Assembly (NCBI RefSeq): GCF_036588685.1
Contig: NC_086376.1
Coordinates: 62,744,001 to 62,808,000 of the forward strand
Reading direction: 5' to 3'
Origin: Mytilus trossulus
Lineage: Eukaryota
DNA length: 64,000 nt
The notes beneath the pieces are model-generated. The model did no database searches. It was not told the DNA's origin and was given only the letters and a program-made list of their open reading frames with translations. A program made the position numbers and the translations under genes. Below, one piece after another: positions 12,202 to 25,685 of this stretch (positions are counted from its first letter, which is position 1; each line of letters opens with the position of its first letter).

Positions 12202-13117
12202 CACTGCTAAACTGAAATACATTTCTTTTCTCAAAATACAGGAAGATTGATATTAGGTCAATACTATTATGAAAATATGTCATAAATGTATTGCCAAGTA
12301 ATTGGGCTATACATATATATTCTTATCGTCAGTGTTGACGATATTTATACTAATGTATTAGAGTAAGATGCCATAAATATGCTCGTGTAATAAGATATTA
12401 ACTATTTCTGATTTGCGAGTTTTTAAAAATAAATACATACATTCAAATCAGTTCGTTATATTGTTAACAGAATAAATTGTTGAACATGCACTATTTGGAG
12501 TTATCTATTTCTCCTTTTTCGTATTTCGTATGTTCATGCAATGGTTAGTAAAGTTTTCTAATAGTTTAATCCGAGGAATTATATCCAAATCAAATTTAAA
12601 GTATATGTTCTACGTTTCACAAAATCAAAAGCGTTCATCAAGTTATATGAGATCAAGTCATATTTGATTTACAAAGTTACATAGTTATTTCTCCCAAGAT
12701 AAAGCTACCATATCTCTTATGTATTTAGAAAAAATCTACCATTGTGCAGCTGACAACTGACTACCAATCTGTCATCTTCAAGACAAAAAGCCAAGACACA
12801 TTGCAAATTAAAAGAGGGCAATATTTGAAATGAAAGTCACATGACTGGCACAGTTGGTCAGTGAAGTCCTGATCTACGGCTCGGTACAACCAAGGATTTA
12901 TATAGGTGCAACAACCTTCAGTTGCCAGCCAGAACCTTTAAAAATACAAAAATAAAATCAATTATCACAATGATCTGAGTCCACAAACACTGAACACTCA
13001 ACTTTCCGTAACTTAATTATTTTTCATTTTACCGGGTAATTACCTACGTCACAAAATCTGATACAGGTAGTTTTTAAATGTACATGTATATATATTTATA
13101 TTGATCTCGAATAGAAT

Positions 13118-13235
13118 GTGCTGGCGTAGTCGAGTGGTTACTTCGAAACTCAAATGTTTAAATCTTTCCTAAGAAATGAAATTTAACACGCGGGATCGCA
13201 TCCCGTAGAAACCACTGACGCTATCTAGCATTTTT
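13118..13235 (+). ncRNA. Vault RNA-like Pol III gene, copy 3 (subfamily I)
   Basis: Body identical to copy 1. T5 terminator. Upstream dyad at 13042. Confidence 0.78.
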
Positions 13236-13314
13236 GCACCGGCCTCTTTTCGGTGTTTTTTTTCTTGTATTTTGTTGTCGTTTTGCATGGGATCATAAAT
13301 CAAATAGGTTAAAG

Positions 13315-15155
13315 CAGTCGGAAACCCGGTTGAAATAGAACAAAAGAATCGAAGCTCTTTGTTAGAGAAGGCGATAAATGTTTACTGTATTATTTACTAT
13401 AGTGACAAAAAATTAAAACGTTAATAGAATCAAACAAAAAAAACAATTTTCTTCTCAATTACGAGGTGTTTTATTTTAAAAACACCATTTGCATAAGTTT
13501 TCAATTTATCTAGTACATAGTTAAGCAGAACAATTAGATATCAAGTCGACGATATATGGGTATCTTTCAAGTTGGATGAAGAAAATGCATAACCTCCGAT
13601 TTAATTTTTTTTTACCACGGACGGAAAACATATCAATCTATTAGTTCAGTAGTTTTCGTGTCTGCACTTCCATTATATGACTCAAGAAAAAATATCAAAA
13701 CAATGAGTAACAATTGCATCGAAAAGAGAAAATAGAGTACACCTTTCTATGTTAGTGCGTGTTTGAGTTCAATATTTTGTCTTGATATGGTACAAAGTAA
13801 GAATATTTGATACATCGTCTCGCTTCAGATTCTCTCATTTTTATATATCAAAGCTACAGGTTGACTTTATAACACAAACAAATCACAGTACTAAAAGATG
13901 AAATATATGGGTCAAGTGAAATACCTAGTCTAATGAGTCACAAAAACAGAGAAGGTGTGTTCGAATAGTTATTTTTTTACTGAAAGTACTTGACGACAGT
14001 CTTTCAAGTTGGATGATGAAAATGCATATCTTCGAAAAATTATATTTTTTTGTATTTGATATCTAGGGTTTATAGTCTTCATACACTGAAGAAATTTAGT
14101 CTGCCCTTCCACAAAATATTTAATTAGAATTTTTTTTAAATGTTTATGAATTTTCGGAAATTCCACCTGACAACCGATTAGACAATAGTTTTAAGTTGAA
14201 TCAATGCAGAAAAAAAACATTAACTGATGCTCATTAGCTAGATGATACATTTGTCTTTTAAAATACAACTGAAATATAAGGATCGTAATGGTGCAATGCG
14301 GATAAATTTATCGGTTTCCAAGAGCAAAATTGGTAGCGCGTCATCCCTACAATGGCTTCCATTTGTACGATTGTGAAAATGAACTGGCGTAATGGGGAGA
14401 TAATTTTGACGCAGTAGAATCCTAACTGAAAGGAGATCATACAGAAAATTTCTGGAATCGCCACTGCCCAATATCCCGGGTTTAAAAACATGAAATCCTG
14501 AGGTTCTGAATTTATTATACAAATTAAATATCTCGACATCCCGAAATTCGAAAAAAGAAATCCCGGATCCCGAAATGGTCAATCCTGAAATTTCGATCTT
14601 AAAAACACCCGCTCCAGACGTCCCGAACGTGTATTTTCTTTTTACAGTCATATCTCAGTTTAATAATTGATCCACAGTGGAGATTGATTGATTATTCAGA
14701 CCCTCTCTATTAAATAAACCCTGTGACTGCCGTGGATAGTAAACTTGAAAATTATATCAGACAAAAAAATACACTTTATTCGTAGTATATGTATTTGTTT
14801 CAAAGTAAAAAGAAAAATGCAAACCGGGTTCTAATTTGACTTAAATTTCGTCCAATGACGGATATAAGACAGAAAATACACTCTATTCGTAGTATTAATG
14901 TATTTTCAAAGTATGGCAGAAAAACGCAAACCGGAAATCTAATCTGACTTAAAATTTCGCCCAATGACGGAAACATATCCGGACGTCTTTTTTCTCGTTT
15001 TTCACCCAAAATAACTCAATCCGAATAATTATATGAATGGATGACAAATGCGATTATGCACTGTACCCATAGGACACAGAGGCATGATGATTAATTTATT
15101 GAAGAAAGAAGAGAAGCGACACCCAAAATGAGATCTTCTCGTTTAATAGTATAGA
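13315..15155 (-). mobile_element. Second copy of the Helitron-like block (duplicated with the segment)
   Basis: Colinear with 4492-6331, with the same TCTATACTATTAAACGAG terminus on the minus strand. Confidence 0.5.
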
Positions 15156-16285
15156 TATATTTATATATACACGACCCAACTGAAAAAAAAACATAACTTT
15201 TCAAACCCATAAACGTTTTATACATGTATGTGGAAGAAATCCTTTAATATGATTTAAAAGAAGAGAAAAAAACATGTGCACTTTTCCCAACATCATAATT
15301 GCCCTGATCTTCCGCGCCTTGTTCTTTCAATTTCTTGCACTGAAGCAATTTCTTTTGGAGGCAGATAATTTGAATAAATGGTGGTGTAGCTATAGTGTGG
15401 TCGCCGCAGGTGTAGGAGGTTGCGAGTTCTATTCCAAGTTGGCTCTAATTATAGACTTAAAATGTGTGGGATTTTACTCAGCATATGGAACTTTTCACAC
15501 TAAAGCAGACTGCTCGGATCAGCGTCGAGTAAAATTTAACTGCATCTGGAAAAACATGAGAAAAGATGAAATATTTCGCTACATTGAAGACCTGTTGGTG
15601 ACCTTCTGTTGTTGTTTTTTTTCTTTGGTCGGGTTGTTGTCTCTTTGACACATTCCCCATTTCCATTCTCAATTTTATTACTTATATGTAAATCAGTTTT
15701 GCCCTCAGAAGTTGAGAAGTGAACATCTTATACAAAACAGCAGTTAATGTGTTGAGAGGAAAGACACTGTAATGTTTTTTGTCAGTATTACCAAGTACCG
15801 TTACACGTTAGATTAAGGAAAATCAGATGGAACCATACGAAAACTAGATTTAGATAATAAAGCAGACAATTTGATGATCTCGCAGTTGTTGAATATTTTA
15901 CAGTTGTGGTTGAAAGGGTTATTAAAACTGTTTCTGCAGTTTGGTCGGGTTGTTGTCTTTTTGTAACATTCCCCGTTTACATTCTCTCGATTTTATTTTA
16001 ATGATTATGAGATCAACAGTAAAAATAACATCACGCATGTTAGAGGAAACGTCATTAATTAATGTGCACGAAAAAGAATACTTCTTTTAAGAATATCCAT
16101 AGACCTATATGTCTCTGGTATATTGAAGAAGAAAATTCAGGAATGAAAGCAATATTTTGTTTTCAAAATGTAAGGATGTGCTTTGAGTAAAGAGGGGTCA
16201 TAAGTTAAACAATTCATTAAATGAGAATACACAATTTTGAGTATGTATTGTCAAATTTTACAGAACATATTATCTACCATTGCAG

Positions 16286-17049
16286 CTGTTTCCATGGTAC
16301 CAGGTAATCCAGATTCTATTACTCATGCTTTCGCAGCTGAAGAAAAGAAAGCCAAAGAACTGATGGAGAAGTATGTAGCGGATTGTAAAAAGCTTGGAGT
16401 AAGTATATTTGTGCACAAACTATAGACTGTTGATTCGTTATTTTTCGTTGGATACCAATATTCGTGGGTTTTGTGGATACAGGTGAACCGGGAATTAAAA
16501 TATTCAACGAAATACAAATTTCTATAAGGTTGTAGCCAGACTTTGGAAGAACCACGAAATCAAATATCCACGAAAATGAAATGTTTCCGTAATCCACGAA
16601 AATTGGTACCAACGAAAATAAAAGAATCCACAGTAGTACTCAACAATATGCAGACCTTTTCGGGGCAAGAAATATTTCAGAGTGGGTTATTTTATCAAAG
16701 TTTCCCTCTTTTTAAGCGAGCACCTGCTTTTCTATTTGGCGGTGGCGTTAATCTCTCTTTATTAAACTTTCAAGTTTAGTTTCTGTCTCCTTGGTATATT
16801 TTAATAAGTATTTTTATATTAATTAAATAACTCATTAAGATATCTATTTGACAGCTACATGATGTAGATTTAGTGAAAGTAATCGGTGAACCAGGAGATG
16901 GGATCATAAAGGCTGCTGAAGAAAAGAAAGCGGACATGATTATCACAGGCTGTCGGGGTTTAGGACAGATCAGAAGAACAATGGTCGGCAGTGTCAGCGA
17001 CTATATATTACACCATTCGCATGTACCTGTCTTTGTTTGTAGACATTAA
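16286..17049 (+). pseudogene. Partial USP duplicate (exons 3-4: 16286-16398, 16855-17049)
   Basis: Encodes the same peptide as exons 3-4 of the full gene. No exons 1-2 nearby. Confidence 0.8.
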
Positions 17050-17586
17050 CACTGCTAAAATATACATTTCTATCTCAAAATAAAGGAAGATTGATATTAG
17101 GTCAAAACTATTATGAAAATATATATCATAAATGTATTGCCAAGTAATTGGGCTATACATATATATTCTTATCGTCAGTTTTGACGATATTTATACTGAT
17201 GTATTAGAGTAAAATGATATAAATATGCTCGTTTAATAAGCTATTAACTATTTCTGATTTGCAAGTTTTAAAAATAAATACATACATTAAATCAGTTCGT
17301 TATATTGTAAACAGAATAAATTGTTCAACATGCACTATTTAGAGTTATTTGCTTCAAGTTTTTCGCATTTCGTATGTGCACGCAATGGTTAGTAAAGTTT
17401 TCTAATAGTTTAATCCGAGGAATTATATCTAAATCAAATGCTTAGTATATGTTCTACGTTTCATAAAATCAAAAGCGTTCATCAAGTTATATGAGATCAG
17501 GTCATATTTGTTTTACAAAGTTATATAGTTATGTCTCCCAAGATAATAGATGTTATAGGAAGATGTGATGTGAGTGCTACCACAAG

Positions 17587-18358
17587 CGGCGTTTTGCATT
17601 TGCGCCGATCTGCATTTCATTTGCGCCGATTTTTTCTTTCATTTGCGCCGATTTTTGTTTTCATTTGCGCCGATTTTATTACAGGTAAATTACAGGTGAA
17701 TAGATATAAGAAGATGTGATATGAGTGTCAATGAGAAAACTCTCCATCCAAGTCAAATAAATATTTTTCATTTATCATTATAGACCTCTTCCATTTGCCA
17801 CTTGTACAAATGTAATGAACTGTCAATCACAACATGTATATAACTGTTGTCCCCTGCTCACCACTGGGAGGTGGAAAAAGGCCTACAAGATACATCTCCA
17901 GACCTTTTTCCTTGTTGACCGTATCCGTAGTTCTTTAGCATCTGTCTTTCTGGCATCTGCCACATGGTTATGCTCGATCTGTGTTTTGACAATAGAATCC
18001 GTGGTAACTCTGGCTTTACACGATTTTATGGTACATTAGAAAGTTCTGATATGTAGTTATGTTTAAGAACACTGACCTTCCGATATGTATGGCCCTCGAT
18101 GATTAAAGAATTGAATCCTCGGTCCGTTTCAGTGTGCAATATGTCCATCAAGTTACAACGAAGTTCCAAAACGATATGAATCAAAATTAACTTAAACATG
18201 GATGAAAAACAATTATAACCAGATTTTACCAATGGTATAGCACAGTACATGTACAAGTTTTAACTTACCTGTAAATTTAATTAGGAGCAAATATAAAATC
18301 GGCGCAAATGAAAGAATGAAAATTTTCAAAATCGGCGCAAAATTTATGTCATACGCCC
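17587..18358 (-). mobile_element. TIR DNA-transposon derivative with a decayed FLYWCH zinc-finger fragment
   Basis: Subterminal (CATTTGCGCCGATT)n on the left, inverted copies on the right. 8-bp TSD ACCACAAG/ATCACAAG. Minus-strand TDRGFNSLIIEGHTYRK.../CTIKSCKARVTT...EHNH, frameshifted. Confidence 0.6.
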
Positions 18359-19008
18359 ATCACAAGGTCAGGTTTTTCTCCGGCTTTTTATTGACATATT
18401 TGCACTAGATCCATTGGAAGTTTGATGTGTACTGATTGATAATTTAGTCTTAGATGCATGATTTTATTTATTAGTTTTTTTGTCTTTTTGTTGTAAGGAT
18501 GTACAAATATCCGGCCATGCCCGCTTGTAGTATTTGCATGTTTATCCATTTGATGGGTTAAGCCATTTCAACTGATTTGTATAGTTCGTTCTTATGTTGT
18601 ACCACTGTCCCATGTAAGGGGGAGGGGTTGGGATCCCGCTAACATGTTAAACAGCGCCACATTCTGTATGTATGGGCCTGTCCCAAATCAGGAGACAGTA
18701 ATTCAGTTGTTGTCGTTTTTTTTATGTCACGGTGTTTTTCTTTTCATTTTTTGTGCATAAATAAGGCCGTTAGTTTTGTCGTCTAAACTGTTTTACATTG
18801 TCATTTCAGGGCCTTTTATAGCGGACTATGCGGATTTGTCAAGAAATAGACAATGATCATTAAAAACATTGTTATTGTACGCCAAATAAATAATGAAAGA
18901 ATTTAGTTCAATCAGGCTTGTGCAGAAAGGATTTCGACACAATTCACAAAGTCATCAACGCCAAAGTTGGTTACTGTCCTATATTGAAATCTGCTCTCAT
19001 TATTCGTT

Positions 19009-19112
19009 CAATCTAATTAAAAATTGATCTCTGATTACATTATACTACATATGAGCTCATACATGTATGTAGTATATTAACGTAATCAGAGATCAATATT
19101 TTAATTAGATTG
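19009..19112. mobile_element. 104-bp palindromic miniature element with 10-bp TSD
   Basis: CAATCTAATTAAAAATTGATCTCTG...CAGAGATCAATATTTTAATTAGATTG flanked by an exact ATTATTCGTT on both sides. Confidence 0.8.
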
Positions 19113-22100
19113 ATTATTCGTTGGTCATTAATTGCAATGTTGGTTGGCTCAAAAATTTGACTTCCATCGTCCATAAGATCATCAATGTTTCCCTCTTATC
19201 CATAATCAACTAAATCTCGTTCACTGAGTTGTGTACCAGCTTGATTTTGTGTTTGACCGGCGATCCAAATATTGACTGGAGATGATTTTGTTGTTCTCAT
19301 TTTATGGCCTGCCCAGGCGTCAGTTCAAATATCAAGTCTTCTGTTAATGTCATCCATGTAAATGTAGTGCATTGCTATTAGATGTAGTTGATTTAGTGGA
19401 TCGGTATTTCCCTGGTCTTCCAAATGATAGAATAAGTTGTAAAAGTAGCACAAAACACCCTCGTTTACGTTCCTCCACAATCTATCTATTCCCCGAATGT
19501 GCGTGCTTGGGCCTGTAATCATCATGCCACCAAAAATTTCTGAATCCGCCACTGATGACAGAACAAAAAACTACTTCAGAGAGGAAGCTTCTCAATACTG
19601 TGGCGGAAGTGTTTTTGTCACGACAATGTAGAAACATAATAAGCCTACTGAACCCATCAACTCCAAACCAGTATAATGAATCTCCATCTTATTACTTTAT
19701 GATTAGTGTCTATGTACCATAAGTGATTCGGTGTCGTAACGTTGCATACACGTCTGTGCAGTCGAACGGTCTGTCTCCCTTGGGTACCTGGTATCTCTTA
19801 ACCTCAATATTTGAACTTTTATTCTTTTTCCTTTCGATATTTCACGCAACATGCTTTCTCCACAACGGCGAAAGTCCACGACAATGACGGAAAATATACT
19901 GTCAATAAAATTGAGAATGCAAATTGGGAATGTGCCAAAGAGACAACAACCCGACCATAGAAAAAACAACAGTAGAAGGTCACCGAAAGGTGTTCAATGT
20001 AGCGAGAAATTCACGCACCCGAAGGCGTCCTTCAGCTGGCCCTTAAACAAATATATCATGACTAGTTTTCTGTGTTTTCATAATGTTTATTTAATACAGT
20101 GCCATTCGCTACATAATTTTTTTTATAACGGATAAAAGTACAAAAATTTATCTCTATTTTGATATTAAATTCCCATAAATCAAATCTAATATACAAGATA
20201 TCAGATAAAACTAAAATGTCCGATACAATGTCCCCACATACGATTTTGACGTTATTTAATAAAATATGCTTCTAACGTTCCGTCTCATTCATTGTCATAA
20301 TTGCGGTTTTCACAGACGATTTGGAATACGGCTATTTTATTTTGTTGCTTAAAGGGAAACTTCGCAAAAAAATCAAAAATTGATATTATGTCCATTTTGT
20401 ATAAAAATGCTCAAATTTATAAATATTAAAGTTTTATTCCGCCAGATAAGAGATCACCATCGATTTTAAATTTTGTGTATCAGTTCTTTGCGGTCCGCCA
20501 TTTTGTTATCTTGTCCAAATAAAAATCACGATATGTCTATAAACCACAAAGAAACAAAACTACAGTAACCAATGTAGTCGTAATTACGTGTCGATATCTT
20601 GTCAATCGTACGGTTGTTTTATCTGACTAACTAACTTGATTCGGAAAATGTTCTTATTTTTTTAATAACCATATAGTCTGTTATTTTTAAACTGTTAATA
20701 TTGGAATTAATTAAAAAGTCAAAGTTCAAATCATAAATAAGTGTTCCGTGAAAATTGTTTTCGAAAATCTAATTCGTTCATAATTCTTTAAAGTAATATA
20801 CTTTATTCAAATAAATTAGGATCTTCGCTCCACTGATCACCCGCATGGCTTAAGGTATTACTCCCAAAGGTATTGTGAGGGGTGTAAGATGACACGTCCA
20901 GGTATTCAAGCGATTTCCTGTCGGGCTTGCAAGTTCATGCATCGTTTCACTTCTGTAGGTATTGATCAGTGTACACGGCCGATAACTTATAACTTTCCAT
21001 TTTGAACTATCAGGTGCATGTATAATATACATCTCTGTCTTGCGTGTCCGAAAGTGATATAATATACTTGTCATTACTTAACTCATACGCTTGTTTATAA
21101 ATAAAATTTCTTGTGTAAAGAATATTATTTATAAAAAAAACAAAATGATACAAAAAAAAATCAAAAAAATCAGAGACTATTATATGTCTCTGGGAAAATG
21201 TAATATTTACTCGTTGTCAATAGTAAAGGACATAGTTGGATCATTCCAGAAATGTTGATTAAAAAAATGTGCGCACTTGTCGACGATTCGTTTATACGCC
21301 CGGATAGAAAGTTACGGAACTACAGCGCAATTTAAAATATATACATGTATACATTGAACATAAGAAAGAAACATACATTTTGTGCAAATTGGGGTAAAAG
21401 TTTTGTAAATAGACTAGTCCACGTATACCAACAGTATGTAATCATCCAATTCGATAGCGGCCATTCGATAGACTATTATATACCAAAAGAAGAAGAAGAG
21501 AACCAATTTGATGTAAATACAGGTCGATCTATAACTTGCTTTGGTTCATCGTTATAAACATAGTAAAATCACAGATTTATATATCAATTAGATTGTTCTC
21601 GAATAAAGAAAGAAATTCGTCATCACCACAATTATTCCGACATATGCAACTGGACGTACACTAATAATCCCCGAGGGATGTGAATATTTTCTAGGAAAGC
21701 TATTGAGTATTAAAGTTTCGGGATTTATTTCTTTCTTGATATTCAATGACAGCAAATTTAAAGAATAAACTGCTTGTCAGATATTTGTCCGCTTTAGGGA
21801 TATTCTTGCCAGTTGAACAGACTTATAATTACATTCAAAAATAGGGAAAGATGACATTAATTTCTTTGTGTTTTGTTTTTAAACATCTTTGGTCAAATAG
21901 TTATTTAAATGTATTATACGTTGTGAGACGCAGACTATTTTAATAAGGACGTCCCCGATTATGATTAAATTTGGTTTACGTTTTTCACACTTGATAAAGA
22001 ATATCTATTCGTAATTTTTCGATTCCATACCAAGAAGACCGTAAATTTGCTGTCATTTTTTTTTAAACTTCTCAAGTAAAAAAGTATTTTTTCTTTATTC

Positions 22101-23179
22101 GTTCATATTATATTCCGCTTCGGTAGAGTTATCTTCAGTGAGTTCCAGTTATTACTTTGTACGTGGCTTTTAAAAAGTCTAAATCTAAGTGTTCTCATTC
22201 ATTTATTTGCCTAATAAAGACAAATAAAAATCCTTTGGTAAAGCTTTTTTTAATTTCTAAGTTCTCCTTTTTATTAGACATCAATCAAGGACAAAAGGTG
22301 TAAATCATTTCAATCGGACATATGAATTAAGTTTCCCGTCTTTAACCGAAAATTGTGTATTTCTTAGTAAATTAACTTATTTGAATTCAAATAAATTAAA
22401 GCACCAAACATAATTAAATAATTCCACGGCGATCAATTTTTATTTGTCACCAACTTGAATATATATTTTAAATATGTGTATTGAATGCTCCCTTGTCTTA
22501 TAATTCACTGATCCGAATAGACAGTCACACCTGGCAAGGTGTGCCCGAGAGGCGTGGTTAAATACCGAAGTGCAAATAACAATTTACCTTTCAACAAGCA
22601 ACTACGAGTATTGCCACAAAACTTTGAAATTATTTTTTTATTTTGAAACTCTACCTATTAACAAAGAAAGGGTGGGGAGAGAGATTTTCTCGCGGAACTG
22701 AAGTGTTTTCCGGACTATAATAGTCGGATCCGCTATAATACAAATTAATAGAAAAAAACAGCTATAATAATTGTTCCCCCTAATTCCCTTGCATATATTT
22801 GTACAGAACTGCCATTCTAGATATGCCGTAGTCCTTTTGCCTTGACTTTCTGGAGTGCAAAAATGAATGCATTATTTTGCAGTGCATAGTTTATCAATAA
22901 TAAAAAAAGAAATCGATTGCCCTTATACTTAAAATGTATATAATTAAATGGTTTCAATTCAAGTTACTTTTTTATCTTTAATTTGTTAATAAAACTAATT
23001 TAAGAAAAGCTTAACATCTTTTATCTAAGAAAAAAAATCCTTTCTTAGGGAAAAAAATCAATCCTTAAAAATTTATTGTTAAAAACCATCTGAACAACAT
23101 GCATTCCAACGTTTTTATTTTGTCTTACGTCTTTGAGTGTGTAACGTTAGGTGACACCAGTATCGTGCGACGTTTCTAT

Positions 23180-24124
23180 ATATTATTGCTGTTTACAGTT
23201 TATCTCTATCTATAATAATATTCAAGATAACCCAAAACATTTTTACCAATTTAGGGGCAGCAACCTTACAACCAGTTGTCCCATTCATCTAAATATTTCA
23301 GGGCAGATAGATTTGACCTGGTGAACAGATTTACCCCATGTCAGATTTGCTCTAAATGCTTTGGTTTTTGAGTTATAAGCCAAAAACTGCATTTTACCCC
23401 TTTGTTATATTTTTAGCCGTGGTGGCCATCTTGGTTGGTTGGCCGGCCGGGTCAAAAACACAAATTTTAAACTAGATACATCAATGATGATTCTGGCCAA
23501 TTTTGGTTTAATTTGGCCCAGTAGTTTCAGAGGAGAAGATTTTTGTAAAAGATCATGGAAATTTACGAAAAAAGGTTAAAAATTGACTATAAAGGGCAAT
23601 AACTCCTAAAGGGGTCAACTGACCAATTTGGTCATGTGACTTATTTGTGAATCTTACTTTGCTGAACATTATTGCTGTTTACAGTTTATCTCCATCTATA
23701 ATAATTTTCAAGTAAATGACCAAAAACAGTAAAATTTCCTTAAAATTACCAATTCAGGGGCAGCAACCCAACAACGGGTTGTCTGATTCATCTGAAAATC
23801 TCAGGGCAGATAGATCTTGACCTGATAAACAATTTTACCCCATGTCAGATTTGCTCTAAATGCTTTGGTTTTTGAGTTATAAGCCAAAAACTGCATTTTA
23901 CCCCTATGTTCTATTTTTAGCCATGGCGGCCATCTTGGTTGGTTGGCCGGGTAAAAAAACACAAATTTTAAACTAGATACATCAATGATGATTCTGGCCA
24001 ATTTTGGTTTAATTTGGCCCAGTAGTTTCAGAGGAAAAGATTTTTATAAAAGTTAACGCCGGACGCCGGACGCAAAGTGATGAGAAAAGCTCACTTGGCC
24101 CTTTGGGCCAGGTGAGCTAAAAAA
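23180..24124 (+). mobile_element. HINE/DINE-1 (pearl-like) non-autonomous element, 5'-truncated, with ~480-bp internal tandem repeats
   Basis: Internal repeats, GACGCCG microrepeat, terminal hairpin GCTCACTTGGCCC-TTT-GGGCCAGGTGAGC followed by an A-run. Homologous to 33317-35481. Confidence 0.7.
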
Positions 24125-24129
24125 TACAT

Positions 24130-24905
24130 GCTAACAAAGTCCAGAGGCTCCTGGCTTTGAACAGGCGCAAAAATGCGGCGGGGTTAAACATGTTTATGAG
24201 ATCTCAAACCTCCCCCTATATCTCTAGCCCATGTAGAAAAGTAAATGCATAACAATACGCACATTTAAAATTCAATCCAAGAGAAGTCCGAGTCTGATGT
24301 CAGAAGATGTAACCAAAGAAAATAAACAAAATGACAATAATACATAAATAACAGCAGACTACTAGCAGTTAATTGACATGCCAGCTCCAGACTTCAATTA
24401 AACTTATTGAAAGATTATGATTTCATCATATGAATATCAGGCACAATACTTCCTGTTAGGGGTTTAGTAGCATATCATCATAACATATATGAGAAGAACA
24501 TAACCCGTGTCATGCCAACAACTGTTTTTTTTAATAAATGTGTTTAGTTCCGATGTAAAGACCCTATAAGTGAATCAATATTAACGCCAAAATCAGCAAT
24601 CTTTAATGACCTGACAACAGTATCGTAACTATATCCCTTCTTGATAAGTCTATTTAAAGGTTTTGTTAGTTTCTTATGTGAATACTGACATTTTTGTGCT
24701 TTTTAAAGAATATTTCCATAAAAAAATGGATGTGAAATACCTGAACGTATAAGAAGTCTGCATGTTGAGCTATATTTACGAATGATGTCCTTATACAGAT
24801 GATAAAATTAAGTAAATGTTTTGACTAGTTTGTGATATCGAAAACCCCGGTGTAATATTTTTTCAGTAATACATAAATTTCTCTCGTTAAAATCTAAAAC
24901 AAGGT
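24130..24905 (-). mobile_element. Penelope-like retroelement relic
   Basis: Minus-strand VLDFNERNLCITEKILHRGFRYHKLVKTF resembles the post-RT region of Penelope-like ORFs. Decayed; boundaries approximate. Confidence 0.5.
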
Positions 24906-25355
24906 TGTCATCTTCATTGTCAGTTCTGTAGTCCAAAGTGAGCAATTCGTCAATATATTGTTCTGTCTGAGAGTTGTAACATATTTCCAATTTCCGATAT
25001 CTTGAAGTCACAATCCAACAACGATTCTAGTACATTTTTGTCGACATGGTATTTTGGTTGGCCATCCAAACAATCAGTGTTCACAGATTTCACGTTTCCA
25101 TACTTGATGCATTCCATTCGCAGTGGCATCATATGCGCTAGAATGGTAACTCCTAAATATTCCGGTTCATGTTTTGAATGCATGCTGACGAAATTTGGTG
25201 TTATTTTTTCTTCATTAAACATTTCTCGCACATGGAGCATTCCAACATTCCGAAGAACTGTTAACATTTCTGATTCTGCCATTTTCCTTTTTGTTTGATC
25301 TTAATTTTCTTAATTTCCAATGATTCTCTTAATTTCCCATGATTCCCTTCTAACA

Positions 25356-25685
25356 GCTCATCATAATAGAGAAAAAAACTCATCATTAAGAAAAACCTCA
25401 TCATAATAGAGAAAAAGCTCATCACGATAAAGAAAAAGCTCATCATAATAAAGAAAAAGCTCATCATAATAAAGAAAAAGCTCATCATAATAAAGAAAAA
25501 GCTCATTATAATAAAGAAAAAGCTCACCATAATAAAGAAAAACCTCATCATAATAGAGAAAAACCTCATCATAATAGAGAAAAACCTCATCATAATAGAG
25601 AAAAACCTCATCATAATAGAGAAAATGCTCATCATGATAGAGAAAATGCTCATCATAATAAAGAAAAACCTCATCATGATAAAGA
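25356..25685. repeat. 21-bp minisatellite (CTCATCATAATA(G/A)AGAAAAA(C/G)), ~15 units
   Basis: Direct tandem periodicity, which also explains the FFSIMMR and FLYYDE pseudo-ORFs. Confidence 0.95.

Larger units (their letters stand above)
19200..25282 (-). pseudogene. Fragmented integrase-core (DDE) transposase pseudogene, IS3EU-like (family tentative), split by ~5 kb of nested inserts
   Basis: N-terminal part 24950-25282 (SAM-like region plus HTH GQPKYHV...ISEIGNMLQLSDRTIY). Core 19200-19890 has NHLWYIDTNHKVIRWRFII, GVDGFSRL and GPSTHIRGIDRLWRNV...FYNLFYHLEDQG..DPLN, with stops and frameshifts. Confidence 0.7.
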
